DNA of 32,000 nt from Ureaplasma parvum serovar 3 str. ATCC 27815 (GCF_000019345.1 NC_010503.1:660001-692000), one strand, 5' to 3'. Positions 1-10,689 are shown, numbered from the stretch's first letter. Program-made: numbers and translations. Notes: generated from the letters alone by a model not told the origin.

Positions 1-393
1 AAATGAAGTAATTGGAGTTGATAACATCCCATAATCTTCATTAATATAAACAGTATAATCAAAACTACTAAAAATTTCAGCAACTAGTTTCAAATTTTCA
101 CGTGAGCCAAAGCGGTTGTCTCGGCCAATAACAATAATTTTATTAAAATTCTTTTTCGTTTCTAAATATTCAATAAAACCTAATGTCAATTGAGTATAAG
201 TTATTGCATTTAAATAACGAGTTCCTTCTTCATAAATACAACGTACACCTGATGTACCGAATTTAAATCGATAATTTTCATCAAAAATATGATCAATTTC
301 TTTTTGAGTTTTATTCTTATATTCTTCTTTAATTACTTGAGGAATTTTTGGTGAATTTAATCAACAATTAAAAATTTTATTTGTATTTTCCAT
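1..393 (-). CDS. Phosphomannomutase/phosphoglucomutase-family phosphomutase, N-terminal part (gene runs off the left edge)
   Basis: ATG at 393-391 follows GGAGA (complement of 401-405). The translation is MENTNKIFNCWLNSPKIPQ...FKFGTSGVRC...IVIGRDNRFGSRE. FGTSG(V/I)R and GxDxR are N-terminal hallmarks of alpha-D-phosphohexomutases. There is one in-frame TGA (Trp). Confidence 0.6.
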
Positions 394-427
394 AATTTTA
401 TCTCCTTTCTTATTTTATAATGAATAA

Positions 428-823
428 CTATAGAGATATATTTGGATCTCATCCAAATGGTAATAATTGTTCAACATTATATTCTTTATAAGTACCATCA
501 TTGTTAAAAACGACGATTTTTGCATCCTTTTTAAAAAATTCAAAAATCACTTGACGACATGCACCACAAGGACTCGCAATATCACCATTATTTTTTGTAA
601 TTATATAAACTGTTTTAAATGTTTTTGCACCATTTGCAATTGCATTAAAGATTGCATTTCTTTCAGCACAAGAAGTTAATCCAAATGATCCATTTTCAAC
701 ATTCACACCAGAGATAAATCCTAAATCAGTATCAACATAAGCAGCAACTGGATAATTTGAATAAGGACTATAACTTTTTTTTAATAACTCTAATAATCCC
801 ATATAAATATCATTATATTTCAT
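428..823 (-). CDS. cdd: Cytidine deaminase
   Basis: ORF 449..823 carries the zinc-ligand motifs CAERNA and PCGACRQ. The TGA at 451-449 reads as Trp, and the frame continues (WDPNISL) to TAG at 430-428. A GGAG RBS lies upstream. Confidence 0.9.
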
Positions 824-862
824 ACTTCAATAACTCCAAATGTTACAAATATCTAACACTAT

Positions 863-871
863 ATTATAACA
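863..871 (-). promoter_or_regulatory. Extended -10 promoter element (TGTTATAAT) upstream of cdd
   Basis: The minus strand reads ...caaaaTGtTATAATatag about 40 nt upstream of the cdd ATG. No good -35 is visible. Confidence 0.4.
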
Positions 872-910
872 TTTTGAAAAAAGTTATAACCTTTTAATAA
901 ATGATAAGAG

Positions 911-939
911 TAAAAAAACCATCATTATTGATGGTTTTT
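911..939 (-). terminator. Rho-independent terminator after tRNA-Trp
   Basis: A perfect 10-bp stem pairs AAAACCATCA (915-924) with TGATGGTTTT (929-938) around a 4-nt loop. On the minus strand a 7-T run follows it. Confidence 0.65.
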
Positions 940-947
940 ATTTTAAA

Positions 948-1023
948 TGGCAAGGGTAACAGGACTCGAACCCGCAACACGCAGATTTGGAGTCTGCTGT
1001 TCTACCAATTGAACTATACCCTT
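948..1023 (-). tRNA. trnW: tRNA-Trp, anticodon CCA
   Basis: The 76-nt minus-strand sequence AAGGGTA TA GTTC AATTGGTA GAAC A GCAGA CTCCAAA TCTGC GTGTT GCGGG TTCGAGT CCTGT TACCCTT G CCA folds as a cloverleaf. The anticodon loop is CU-CCA-AA, the T-loop is TTCGAGT, the discriminator is G73 and the CCA end is encoded. Confidence 0.9.
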
Positions 1024-1033
1024 TTTTTGTAGT

Positions 1034-2107
1034 TTATTTATATGCTAACCTTGTTAAAACCAGGGCTTGTCCGTCTTTTACTACAATTGTATCTTCAATT
1101 CTTACACCACCAACATTTGGGATATAAATTCCTGGTTCAACAGTAACAACTGCATTTAATGGCAATTTATTAGGATTACCAGCATTAGTATTTGGTAATT
1201 CATGTACTTGTAAACCTACACCATGACCTGTTCCATGTGTGAAATAGCCCTTAAATTTAGAATTATCAACAATGTCGCGACATACTTTATCAACTTCTTG
1301 ACCTGTTACTTTTGTACTCAATAGATTAATCCCTGCTGTTTGAGATTCAAGAACTTTATCATAAATTTCTTGCATTTGTGGATTTGCTTTATTTCCAACA
1401 ATAAAAGATCTTGTAATATCAGAACAATAACCTTTATAAGTACAACCAATGTCAACAGTTACCATATCTCCATCTTCAATTACACGATTTCCTGGATGAT
1501 GATGTGGTGATCCGCCATTTGGACCTGAAGCAATAATTGGATCAAATGAATTTAATTCTCCACCTAATTCTAACATATGTTTTGAAACTAATGTTGCAAT
1601 TTCAAGTTCTGTTCGACCAATAATATCTTGTTCTCGAATTCAATTACATGTTAAAGCTGCAATATCAGCAGCTTTTTGTAAATATTCAAGTTCTTTTTCA
1701 GTTTTAATAGCACGTAATGTAGCTGATGTAAAAGGAGTAGTATTTTTTACTAATTTTTTTAACATTTCATGAACATCTAATGTTACATAATCAGCTTCAA
1801 CTAATGCATTAGTAATATTTAATTCAACCATTGCGTCTTTTAGTAGATCAAAAGTTGATTTTTGTGGTGTGCGAGCTAATAAAATTACCTTTGCGTTTTT
1901 TACAGTTTCAGACGCTGCTGTATAATAACGAGCATCCACTAGATAAATTGCTTTACCATCTTTATTAATAAACACAAAACCATCACTTGAAGCAAATTCT
2001 AAAAATCAATAACGGTTATAATTAGAAAATAAAATCATACCGTCAGCGCCTTGTGCTTCATGTTCTTTAATTGTTTTTAAAACTTGTTGTAATTTGAAAT
2101 CACTCAT
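1034..2107 (-). CDS. pepP: Xaa-Pro aminopeptidase/dipeptidase (peptidase M24B)
   Basis: Fragments 1034..1576 and 1640..1975 plus the N-terminus up to ATG 2107-2105 are all in one frame, joined by TGA codons. The pita-bread metal-ligand context is present: DxGCxYxGYCSD, HGxGHGVGLxVHE, EPG and RIED. Confidence 0.8.
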
Positions 2108-2117
2108 AATTTAATAC

Positions 2118-2279
2118 CTATTTTTTCTTAATTTCAACGTGAGTTGTTACTTTTCGACATTTAGGACAAAATTTATTTAAAGAAAGTCTGTCTGGATTAT
2201 TTTTTGCATTTTTTGTAGTAATGTAATTAATACTTTTACTCTCATTACATTGTAATCTAACGCCTCGTTTAATCGCCAT
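2118..2279 (-). CDS. rpmG: 50S ribosomal protein L33
   Basis: This 53-aa ORF is missing from the track. It reads [53 protein letters not shown], which shows the L33 pattern including the CxxC. A GAGGTG RBS lies upstream. Confidence 0.85.
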   Translation of the reverse strand: MAIKRGVRLQCNESKSINYITTKNAKNNPDRLSLNKFCPKCRKVTTHVEIKKK

Positions 2280-2339
2280 TATGTAGTCACCTCTTCGAAC
2301 AATAATCTATTAATTATATTAAAAATAAAGCTATTTAAC

Positions 2340-4082
2340 TTATTTTTTTAATCTAATCTTGTTTTCTAACATATTTATAAAATCTGTAATAGAAACTGTT
2401 GTCGTTTTTTCACTACCATAGCAACGGTAAGTAACCATTTTGTTGTTTTTAATTTCTTCATCACCAATAACAATTTGATAAGGGATTTTTTGAATTTGAG
2501 CTTCACGAATTTTTTTTGATAAACGCTCATTACGTAAATCTACATTACTACGAATTAAATGCTTTCTTAACTTAATATTTAGCTCCTTTACATAATCAGT
2601 ATGTAAATTTTCATTAACAGGAATGATAACTACTTGAATAGGTGATAATCAAAGCGGTAAAATACCTTTAGTTTGTTCTAATAAAATTGCTAATAAACGT
2701 TCATAAGTTCCAATAATACCAATATGAATCATTACCGGTACGCTTTGTTCATTACTTTCATTAATATAAGTTAAATTAAAACGGTTTGGTAATAAAAAAT
2801 CTAATTGGATAGTTGAAACTGTAATAATTCGATTTAAAACAGTTTTAACCTGAAAATCGATTTTTGGACCATAAAATGCCGCTTCTCCTACCATCTCCTT
2901 ATAAGGAATATTGTGATCTTTTAACATTTTACGTAACACATTTTGTGATTGTTCTCACATTTGAGGATCATCATAATATTTTTCTTTATCATTAGGATCA
3001 TTTAAAGATAAATGAATTTCAAATGTTTTAATACCCAATCCTTCTTGAGCTTCTTGAATCATTTTAAAAGCATTAATAACTTCATGTTCAATTTGATCAA
3101 AGCGACAAAAAACATGACAATCTTCTAAAATCATCTCACGAACCCGCTCAAAGCCTGTTAATCCACCTGATGATTCATAACGATGTAAAATTGAATGTTC
3201 ACTTAAACGAATTGGTAAACTTCGATATGAACGAAGTTCATTAGAGTAAACTAATGTATGATGAGGACATGTCATTGGACGAAGTACTAAGATTTCATTA
3301 TCAATTTGTACTGGTGAAAAAATATTATCTTTATAATGATCTCAGTGTCCACTCGTTTTATATAAATCTATACTACCTAATATAGGCGTAATAACAGTAT
3401 CAAAATTAAATTGAAATTCAACTTCATTAATAAACTTTTGTACCTGATTTTTAATAATGGTTCCATTAGGTAATCAAATTGGTAATCCTTGGCCTGCTAG
3501 ATTATTAAAAGTAAATAAGTTTAAATCTTTACCAATTTTACGATGATCACGTTCTTTTCGTTCTTGTAAATCTTTTAAATAAGCGTCTAATTGATCTTGA
3601 TCACTAAAAGCAACCCCATAAATACGAATTAATTGATCATTATTTGCATCACCTCGTCAATATGAACCTGCAATATTTAATAATTTAATTGCCTTGATCT
3701 CTTTTGTGTTTTGTACATGCGGGCCTTTACATAAGTCAAACCATTTACCTGAGTGATAAATTGAAAGTGAATTATTTTTATTTTGTTCAATAATATCTAA
3801 TTTATATTTATTGTGTTTAAACAATTCCTTTGCTTTTTCATAAGTAACTTGTTCATAATCAAACGTTAAAGCTTGAGTAGTAATTTTCTTCATTTCTTTT
3901 TCAATTTTTAATAAATCTAAAGGGGTAATTGAGGTATTTGGATCATTTAGATTAAAATCATAATAAAACCCCTCATCAATCGTTGGCCCAATCGCAAGGC
4001 TTAAGTTAGGATAAAATTTTGTTAGTGCCATTGCTAAAAGATGTGCAGCACTGTGATTTAGTTTTTGATCAAACTTATACAT
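2340..4082 (-). CDS. thrS: Threonyl-tRNA synthetase (580 aa, begins in the editing domain)
   Basis: Fragments 3657..4082, 2955..3275 and 2649..2939 share one frame, with TGA codons in the gaps. The frame ends at TAA 2342-2340. The N-terminus [17 protein letters not shown] carries the HxxxH editing motif. Class II catalytic and anticodon-binding regions are recognisable. An AGGT RBS precedes the ATG. Confidence 0.9.
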
Positions 4083-4234
4083 AAATACCTCGATAAAATA
4101 TTTTTGATATTATTTTTATTTACTAAGTATATTATATAACGTTATATTAATATAATAATTCTATAAAATCCATATTTTGCTAAAATATAATTTGTTTTAA
4201 ACCTATATTAAAATAATTAAGTAAGGACAAGGTT

Positions 4235-5131
4235 ATGAAAAAATCATTTTTAATCATGACAGATTCATCAACGACTTTAGATCGTGAATGAGCTAAAAAT
4301 AATGATGTTATGATTCTGCCGCTTTCTATTTTACGAAGTGATCATACTTTAATTGTAGATGATGGTATAGAATCAAAGCCAGAGCGAATTTATGAAGACA
4401 TTGATAATGGATACACCTTTCAAACAAGTTGTACACCATATGGTGTTTTAATTGAAGCTATTGAACAAAAACTACAAGAATATGAAAAAATTATTTTTAT
4501 TGGCATCTCTAGTGGATTTAGTAGTCAATTCAATAATGCAAAAAATTTAGAGAAAGAATATCAAGACAAATTATTTGTTGTAGACACAGAAGACTTTGGC
4601 TATTCCTTAGAACATCTAGTTTACAAAATTAAAGCAATGTTAAGCAATAATATTAGTTTTGGTGATATTTTAAAAATGATTAACAAACACCATGATTATA
4701 CAAGTAGTTTTTTAGCATGTGAAAATATTACTGGCCTTGTTCGTTCTGGTCGAATCCCTAAAATCATTGGTACTATGTTAAAATTAAGTAAAGTAACACC
4801 CATAATTAAAGCTGAATGAAAAAATCACCGTGCGGGAATGGCATTAAATATTCGTTCTGCACCCCATAAAATTCTTGAAAATATTAACCATGTTTTTGAT
4901 AATCAACTAAATAATCATACAATTGAAAAAGTATGTATTCTACAAGCGGGATTATCAAGTGAAAGAATTGATGAACTAAAAAATGATGTAATTAACCATT
5001 TTCATGTTGATAAGGAAAAGATTGTAATTAGATCTGGTCCTCCAATCTTTTTAGTATATGTTTGAAAAGGAGCATTAGGTATTCAAGTGATAGCTAATAT
5101 TCCAAAAAAACATGTTGAAAAAAAACATTAA
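4235..5131 (+). CDS. DegV-family fatty-acid-binding protein
   Basis: ATG 4235, the fragments 4310..4819 and 4838..5065, and the tail to TAA 5129-5131 are one frame joined by TGA. The sequence shows the DegV pattern: MKKSFLIMTDSSTTL..., IGISSGFSSQ and SGRIPK. Confidence 0.8.
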
Positions 5132-5853
5132 TAATAGACTTTATACAAATATAATCCACAAGCGGGTGCTAATTTAATACTAGCACCCTTTTTGGGGTAT
5201 ATTAATAATTCATGAATTTTTGCTAAACTTATTTTATTAAAAGCATAATCTAAACAAGAAGCAACGATCATACGAACCATGTTTTTTAAAAAACCATTTG
5301 CATTAATATAAATTATTAAGTGTGTATCTCTTTTGATTTTAACTCAATTAATGCGACGTATTGTCATTGTTAATTCACTAGTTGAAAACGATTTAAAATC
5401 ATGTTCGCCAACAAACAATTCTAATGCTTCTAATATTTTTTGATCATTAATTTTTTGATTAACAAAAAGTTCATAATTATTTCTAAACAAATCAAATTCA
5501 TAATCATTAATGACATATTGATATGTTTTAGAAGTAGCATTATATTGAGCATGAAATGAATCATCAACCTTTTGCACTTCTAAAATTTGAATATCAGAAC
5601 TAGTTCGTGAGCAAAGTGCTTGATAAATAATGTGCGAATCATATTTTAACGCACTATGTTTAACACTAAAGGTTTGCTCGTAAGCGTGTACACCTTTATC
5701 AGTACGTCCTGAACCAATAATCCTGATATTATTAATTTTAAAAATTGATTTAAAAATTTCTTCTAAATCCCCTTGAACCGTTCTTTTTTGTGGTTGTCTA
5801 GCTCATCCATAAAATAAACTACCATCATAACGAAGACTAATTTTATAATTCAT
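5128..5853 (-). CDS. truA: tRNA pseudouridine(38-40) synthase
   Basis: Translation from ATG 5853-5851 gives MNYKISLRYDGSLFYGWARQP...GSGRTDKGVHA, which contains the catalytic Asp motif. The frame runs through TGA codons and fragment 5344..5577 to TAA 5130-5128. Its stop codon overlaps the convergent degV-family stop by 4 nt. Confidence 0.85.
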
Positions 5854-5882
5854 AATTATTAATTCCTATTCCAATAAATAAA

Positions 5883-5907
5883 AAATAACCTGTTTAACAA
5901 GTTATTT
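5883..5907 (-). terminator. Possible terminator or attenuator hairpin after ecfT
   Basis: AAATAACCTG (5883-5892) pairs with CAAGTTATTT (5898-5907) with one mismatch and a 5-nt loop. A T-rich tract follows on the minus strand. It lies only about 30 nt upstream of truA, so termination may be partial. Confidence 0.35.
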
Positions 5908-5914
5908 CATCAAA

Positions 5915-7231
5915 TTACTTAGCAAACAATGCACTTGCTTCAAATACACCAAATGGAGTGAAATAAAATTTAATCACGGCCAATGATATTAAAAATCCAA
6001 CGAGAATACACAAAATTCCAAATAAAGCATAATCTGCTAGGTTTAATGGAAAAGTACGATAACGTGTTCGTGCATAACGAGGGTTATAAGAACGTGCTTC
6101 CATAGCATTTGCTAAATCTTCTGCTTTTTTAAAAGCAATTGAAAATAATGGTACAACTAGTGAAATTAATGATTTTAATTTTTGAATAGGTCCGCCATTA
6201 TTAAAATCAACACCACGTGAAGCTTGTGCATTTAATATTCTTTTTGATTCATCTAATAATGACGGAATAAAACGTAATGCAATTGAAATCATCATTGAAG
6301 CCTCAGCAACAGGCAATCGTAAAATTTTAAAAGGACTTAACAAATCTTCCAAACCATTTGTCAATTCAATAGATGAAGTCGTAGCTGTTAGAATTGATGA
6401 TAAGGTTATCATTAAAAAAATTTTTATTGATATATAAACAGCTAATTGAATAGCAATAGGACTTAAAGCGAAAGGACTTCGTGTATAAAATAAAGCGGTT
6501 TGAGCCTTACCTAATTGATCACCTACACCTGACAAAATTAAACCTTGATATTTAATACCATTGATCTTTCATAAATTCGTTGACATATAATATGATAAAT
6601 GACTTAATGGCACTTCAAGTTTTCCAGATTTTAAGGTACTATTACCATAAATTGGATAAAAATTATTCAATCGAACATCTTGGTTTAACGCATTAAAAGT
6701 ACTTTCTAATTTTTTAACAGTTACGTTATTTTCATTTAAAAATTTAGCAACATTATAATCGGGTTTATCAATTAGTTTTTTAATAATCTCAGGACTAATA
6801 TAATTTTTAATTTCTCCACCTCAAATATTCGAAACTAAATTTTGGGGATGAGTTGATGAAATATCATTATAAAATAAATTAAATGATAAATTTCTATTAA
6901 TAGGACCATTAATTCAACTATTATTACCTAAAATTACTTTAGCTTGATCTGTGACATTATAAATAGCAATAGGATCTTTATATGTCATTCAATTAATAAG
7001 TAGTAGGATAATGAACAACATAACGACGGATTTAAAAACATTTCATAAAGTACGCTTAGGTAATTTAGCTACAAAAAAGACGATTAAAATAAAAATTCCA
7101 ATAATCATTTGCGCAAAAAAGCCAAGTGGTAAAAAAATCATAGCAATTAATAAAATAAAAGAAATAAATTTAATTGCTGGATTTAAACGATGAATTGGTG
7201 AACGTCGAAACACATAAGCATTAGCACTCAT
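5915..7231 (-). CDS. ecfT: ECF transporter transmembrane (T) component, 438 aa, with a large inserted loop
   Basis: Fragments 7043..7231 (MSANAYVFRRSPIHRLNP...) and 5915..6535 are in the same frame (1317 nt), and the gap contains only TGA codons. The C-terminal part has the EcfT coupling-helix ARG motifs (NAQASRGVDF and AMEARSY). It sits immediately downstream of two ecfA genes. Confidence 0.8.
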
Positions 7232-8533
7232 TTATTTTTCTCCTTTTTTAAATTCGATGATAGCATCTGCTAACTCTTCAATTGTGCGTGGTTGTTTTTG
7301 TTTTAGAATTTCATATTTAAGATCTTTTTTAATCAATTCATTAATAACTGCAATTACACGAGGAACTTGAATTGAAGTTGAATTAATAATGTGTTGATCA
7401 AAAAAAATTTCATAAGGTGTCCCTGTTTTAATAATTTCACCTTCATCCATTACAATCACTTCATCAGCAACTTCAAGCACATGTTCCATAGTATGGGTAA
7501 TAACAAAAACTGTTTTATTATTTGCTTTCGCATCTAAAATAATTTGCATCATTTCGTGTTCACCTGCAGGATCTAAACCAGCTGTTGGTTCATCAAAAAC
7601 TAAAATATCATTTTGGATTGCTAAAATTCCAGCAATTGCTACTCGGCGTTTTTGGCCTCCAGATAATCCAAAAGGTGAGCGTTCTAAATAATCATCTCCT
7701 AAACCTAATTTATTTAAATAAAATTTAGCTCGTTTTTTAGCTTCGCTTTTTTTTACACCTAAATTAACTGGACCAAACATGATGTCTTTTTCAATAGTAT
7801 CCTTAAACAATTGGTATTCAGGGAATTGGAATACAAAACCAACACGTCTACGTAATTCTTTAAACCGCTTTATTTTTTTTGATAAATGATAGTTCGTCTT
7901 AATTTCTTTTTTAATAAATTCAAAACGTTGTAACTCTTCATAATTCATCTTATCATTAATTTCTAATATAACATTTTTATCAACACGAACTACTGCTATT
8001 TTAGTGTTTTCTCTTACATAAGGATTTGTAATTAATTCATGATTATTTTTTGTTTTAATAAATTTTAAACTAATTGGTTTTTGTTTAAAATTTGCTTCAA
8101 ACAAAATCCGTGCTTGTTGAATATTAACTTCATTAGAAAATAAAACTAGAAAGGTCCATTGATCTAGTTGATTCCGTCATAATAAATTAATAATTTTTTT
8201 ATCATATGAATCAATCACTCCTAATAATTGGCGTTCAAAATCAAAATGATCACCAGAAACAATATCACCGACTTGAACGAAACCATAACGCGAGATCATT
8301 AATCCATTAAAATGAGTAACTAGCGTAGATTTACCAGAACCAGAATTTCCAATAATAAAATAGATTTTATTTTTTTTAAAATCATACGAAATATTATTTA
8401 ATGCGACTAATTGATTTTCTTGTTTTTCATCATAAACAGCATATAAATTTTTTACACGAACACTAATATCATTAGATATTGGTCGTGGTACTTTAAGTTT
8501 TCTTTTGAAAAAATAATCCATTAATTTTTGCAT
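7232..8533 (-). CDS. ecfA2: ECF transporter ATPase component A2, 433 aa, with an insertion between Walker A and the Q-loop
   Basis: Fragments 8177..8533 (Walker A GNSGSGKST) and 7232..8104 are in one frame joined by TGA. The second fragment carries the Q-loop VFQFPEYQLF, the signature LSGGQKRR, Walker B ILVFDEPTAGLD and the H-loop ITH. The stop abuts the ecfT start. Confidence 0.8.
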
Positions 8534-9405
8534 ATTTTTTCAATTAACTCCTCATTATTCAAAGTTAAATCAATTTTTAACCCCTTTTCCTTTAAGGTTT
8601 TTGCTAATTTTAATGTAAATGGAATATCTAATTGCATTTTTAATAAACGTTCTTCATTAGCAAAAATTTCTTGTGGTGTACCTATATATTGAACTTCGCC
8701 ATTTGACATGACAATAACTTTATCAGCTTTAACTACTTCTTCCATATCATGAGTAATAGAAATAATTGTTTTTTTTGCAACATCACGCAATGAAACCATT
8801 AATTCTTTTAATTCATTTTTTCCTTTGGGATCTAACATACTTGTGGATTCATCAAAAATAATCACTTTAGGATTAATTGCTAAAACAGAAGCAATTGCAA
8901 CTCTTTGTTTTTGACCGCCAGATAGTTCAAGTGATTCTTTTTTTAATAGATCTTCAATTCCCGTTGCAACAGCTGCATCATTAATAATATCTCACATTTT
9001 ATTTGGCGGAACCTTACGATTTTCTAAACCAAAAGCAATATCATCTTCAGCCGTAATACCTACAAATTGATTATCAGGATTCTGAAAAACAATTCCGATA
9101 TTATTTCGCAAATATTTTAAATTAGCAGCACTTATCTCAATTCCAAAAAGTTTAATTACACCGCTTTTAGGTTTTAATAATCCTGTTAAAACCTTAGATA
9201 TCGTTGATTTTCCAGAACCATTATGACCAATAACACAAACATATTCATTGTCATTAATTGTAAATGAAACATTTTTTAAAATCATTCGTTCTTCTGTATA
9301 AGCAAAATAAACATTTTCAAATTCAATGGCAACACTTGAATCATTAATAATCTTATCTAATGATGAAATTTGATAATTATGAGTATTTTTATCATTATGA
9401 CTCAT
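8521..9405 (-). CDS. ecfA1: ECF transporter ATPase component A1 (294 aa)
   Basis: Fragments 8992..9405 (Walker A GHNGSGKST and Q-loop VFQNPDNQF) and 8521..8865 (Walker B IIFDESTSMLD and ITH) share one frame. The gap encodes the LSGGQ region. An AAGGAG RBS is present. The gene overlaps the ecfA2 start by 13 nt. Confidence 0.85.
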
Positions 9406-9492
9406 TTAATCAACTCCTTAAAGAAGATATTTATATATTATATTATGTTTTTTAATAAAACATATATAAAGGCAATTAAAAATAGGTAAATA

Positions 9493-9518
9493 AAAGGTGT
9501 TAGATAACTAACACCTTT
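9493..9518 (-). terminator. Hairpin terminator after rplA
   Basis: An 11-bp perfect stem pairs AAAGGTGTTAG (9493-9503) with CTAACACCTTT (9508-9518) around an ATAA loop. A T-rich tract follows on the minus strand. It separates the rplKA and ecf transcription units. Confidence 0.5.
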
Positions 9519-9544
9519 CACATGTTTTATTATAAATAAAAAAT

Positions 9545-10234
9545 TTAATTATTATTAATAACAACTTTTATTCCAGGACCCATTGTAGGTGAAACAGCAA
9601 TATTTTGAATATATTGACCCTTTACAGTCGCTGGTTTTTTTGATTTAATTAAGTTTAATAATGCATTAGCATTTTCTTCAATTTTAGTTGTTTCAAATGA
9701 AACACGACCAATACTCATATGGATATTTCCATAAGTATCTGTACGGTATTCAATTCGACCTCTTTTAAATTCTTCTACAGCTTTTAGAACATCATTTGTA
9801 ACTGTTCCAATTTTTGGATTAGGCATTAGTCCACGAGGCCCCAATACTTTTCCTAATTTAGCTAATAATGGCATCATTTTTTGGTTAGTAATAATTACAT
9901 CAATTTGGTTTAACATCTTTTCAATATTTTGAATGTAATCTGCTCCACCAAAATAATCAGCACCAACTGAAGCAGCCTCTTCTTTGGTAATATCTTCACT
10001 TAAAACAAGAACTCGTACATTTTTACCATTACCGTTTGGCAATGAAATTGACCCACGTAATTGTTGTTCAACTTTAGTAGTATCTAAATTCAATTTAATA
10101 GCGATATTAATTGATCCATCAAATTTAGTAATTGACTTCTCTTGTGCTAATTTAATTGCATCAAATAATGGGTAAGCTTTTTGCTTATCAATTCCTTCAT
10201 AAGCAGCAAATAATTTTTTAGAAATTTTAGCCAT
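9545..10234 (-). CDS. rplA: 50S ribosomal protein L1
   Basis: An uninterrupted 229-aa ORF with typical L1 sequence (MAKISKK..., GPRGLMPNPK.GTV), located directly after rplK. Confidence 0.95.
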   Translation of the reverse strand: MAKISKKLFAAYEGIDKQKAYPLFDAIKLAQEKSITKFDGSINIAIKLNLDTTKVEQQLRGSISLPNGNGKNVRVLVLSEDITKEEAASVGADYFGGADYIQNIEKMLNQIDVIITNQKMMPLLAKLGKVLGPRGLMPNPKIGTVTNDVLKAVEEFKRGRIEYRTDTYGNIHMSIGRVSFETTKIEENANALLNLIKSKKPATVKGQYIQNIAVSPTMGPGIKVVINNN

Positions 10235-10236
10235 GA

Positions 10237-10689
10237 TTAGTTACCTTTCTTTTCTTTATATGCACTTACGCCTTCAATTACAATTCCCATTTGTTTTGCA
10301 GAACCAGCAATCATTCTTAAAGCGGCTTCTTCATCATATGCTGTCATATCAATCAATTTATAACGAGCTATTTCTAAAGCTTGTTCTTTTGAAATTGTTG
10401 CAACAGTTTGCTTTTTAGGATCTTTGGCACCACTTTTGATTTTAGCAATATCTTTTAGTAAAAAAGTCACGGGAGTAGTTTTGATAACATAATCAAATGA
10501 TTTATCTTTATAAGCTGTAATAATTACTGGGATAACCTTACCGTTTTGGTCTTTAGTTTTATCATTAAATGACTTAGTAAACTCAGCCATATTAATACCA
10601 ACTGATGCTAATGCTGGACCAGGTTTAGCTTGTCCACCAATTAGATTTAACTTTGCGATTCTTGTAACTTCTTTCTTTTTAGGAGCCAC
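10237..10689 (-). CDS. rplK: 50S ribosomal protein L11
   Basis: The ORF has L11 hallmarks ([22 protein letters not shown]). I prefer the GTG start at 10689-10687, which lies 7 nt after AGAGGT. The TTG used by the ORF track at 10698 abuts the RBS. Start choice is uncertain by 3 codons. Confidence 0.9.
   Translation of the reverse strand: MAPKKKEVTRIAKLNLIGGQAKPGPALASVGINMAEFTKSFNDKTKDQNGKVIPVIITAYKDKSFDYVIKTTPVTFLLKDIAKIKSGAKDPKKQTVATISKEQALEIARYKLIDMTAYDEEAALRMIAGSAKQMGIVIEGVSAYKEKKGN

Noticed and set aside
467-679. Plus-strand 70-aa ORF antisense to cdd. There are similar antisense or out-of-frame ORFs in the track at 7011..7193, 9984..10175, 10233..10418, 16915..17097, 17147..17404, 19930..20187, 23452..23784, 23836..24087, 24933..25160, 26043..26255, 26371..26556, 29305..29493 and 30736..30981.
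   Set aside because: Each lies entirely inside a well-supported conserved gene, either on the opposite strand or in another frame. They have low-complexity F/L/I/K-rich translations typical of AT-rich antisense frames. None has an RBS or a recognisable motif.
2649-4082. Apparent pseudogenisation: thrS, ecfA2, ecfT, gatB, dnaB, the giant permease and others are split into several ORFs in the track.
   Set aside because: All the breaks are TGA, all the pieces are co-linear in one frame, and conserved motifs continue across the breaks. This is the Mollicute genetic code, not gene decay.
4083-4234. Possible T-box riboswitch upstream of thrS.
   Set aside because: Only about 150 nt is available, and it is shared with a divergent promoter. 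No specifier-loop or antiterminator T-box sequence (AGGGUGGNACCGCG-like) is visible.
9406-9492. A promoter for the ecfA1-ecfA2-ecfT operon (TATAAT on the minus strand at 9442-9437).
   Set aside because: The region is so AT-rich that TATAAT-like hexamers occur by chance, and no acceptable -35 or TG extension accompanies it. A promoter probably exists here, but I cannot place it reliably.
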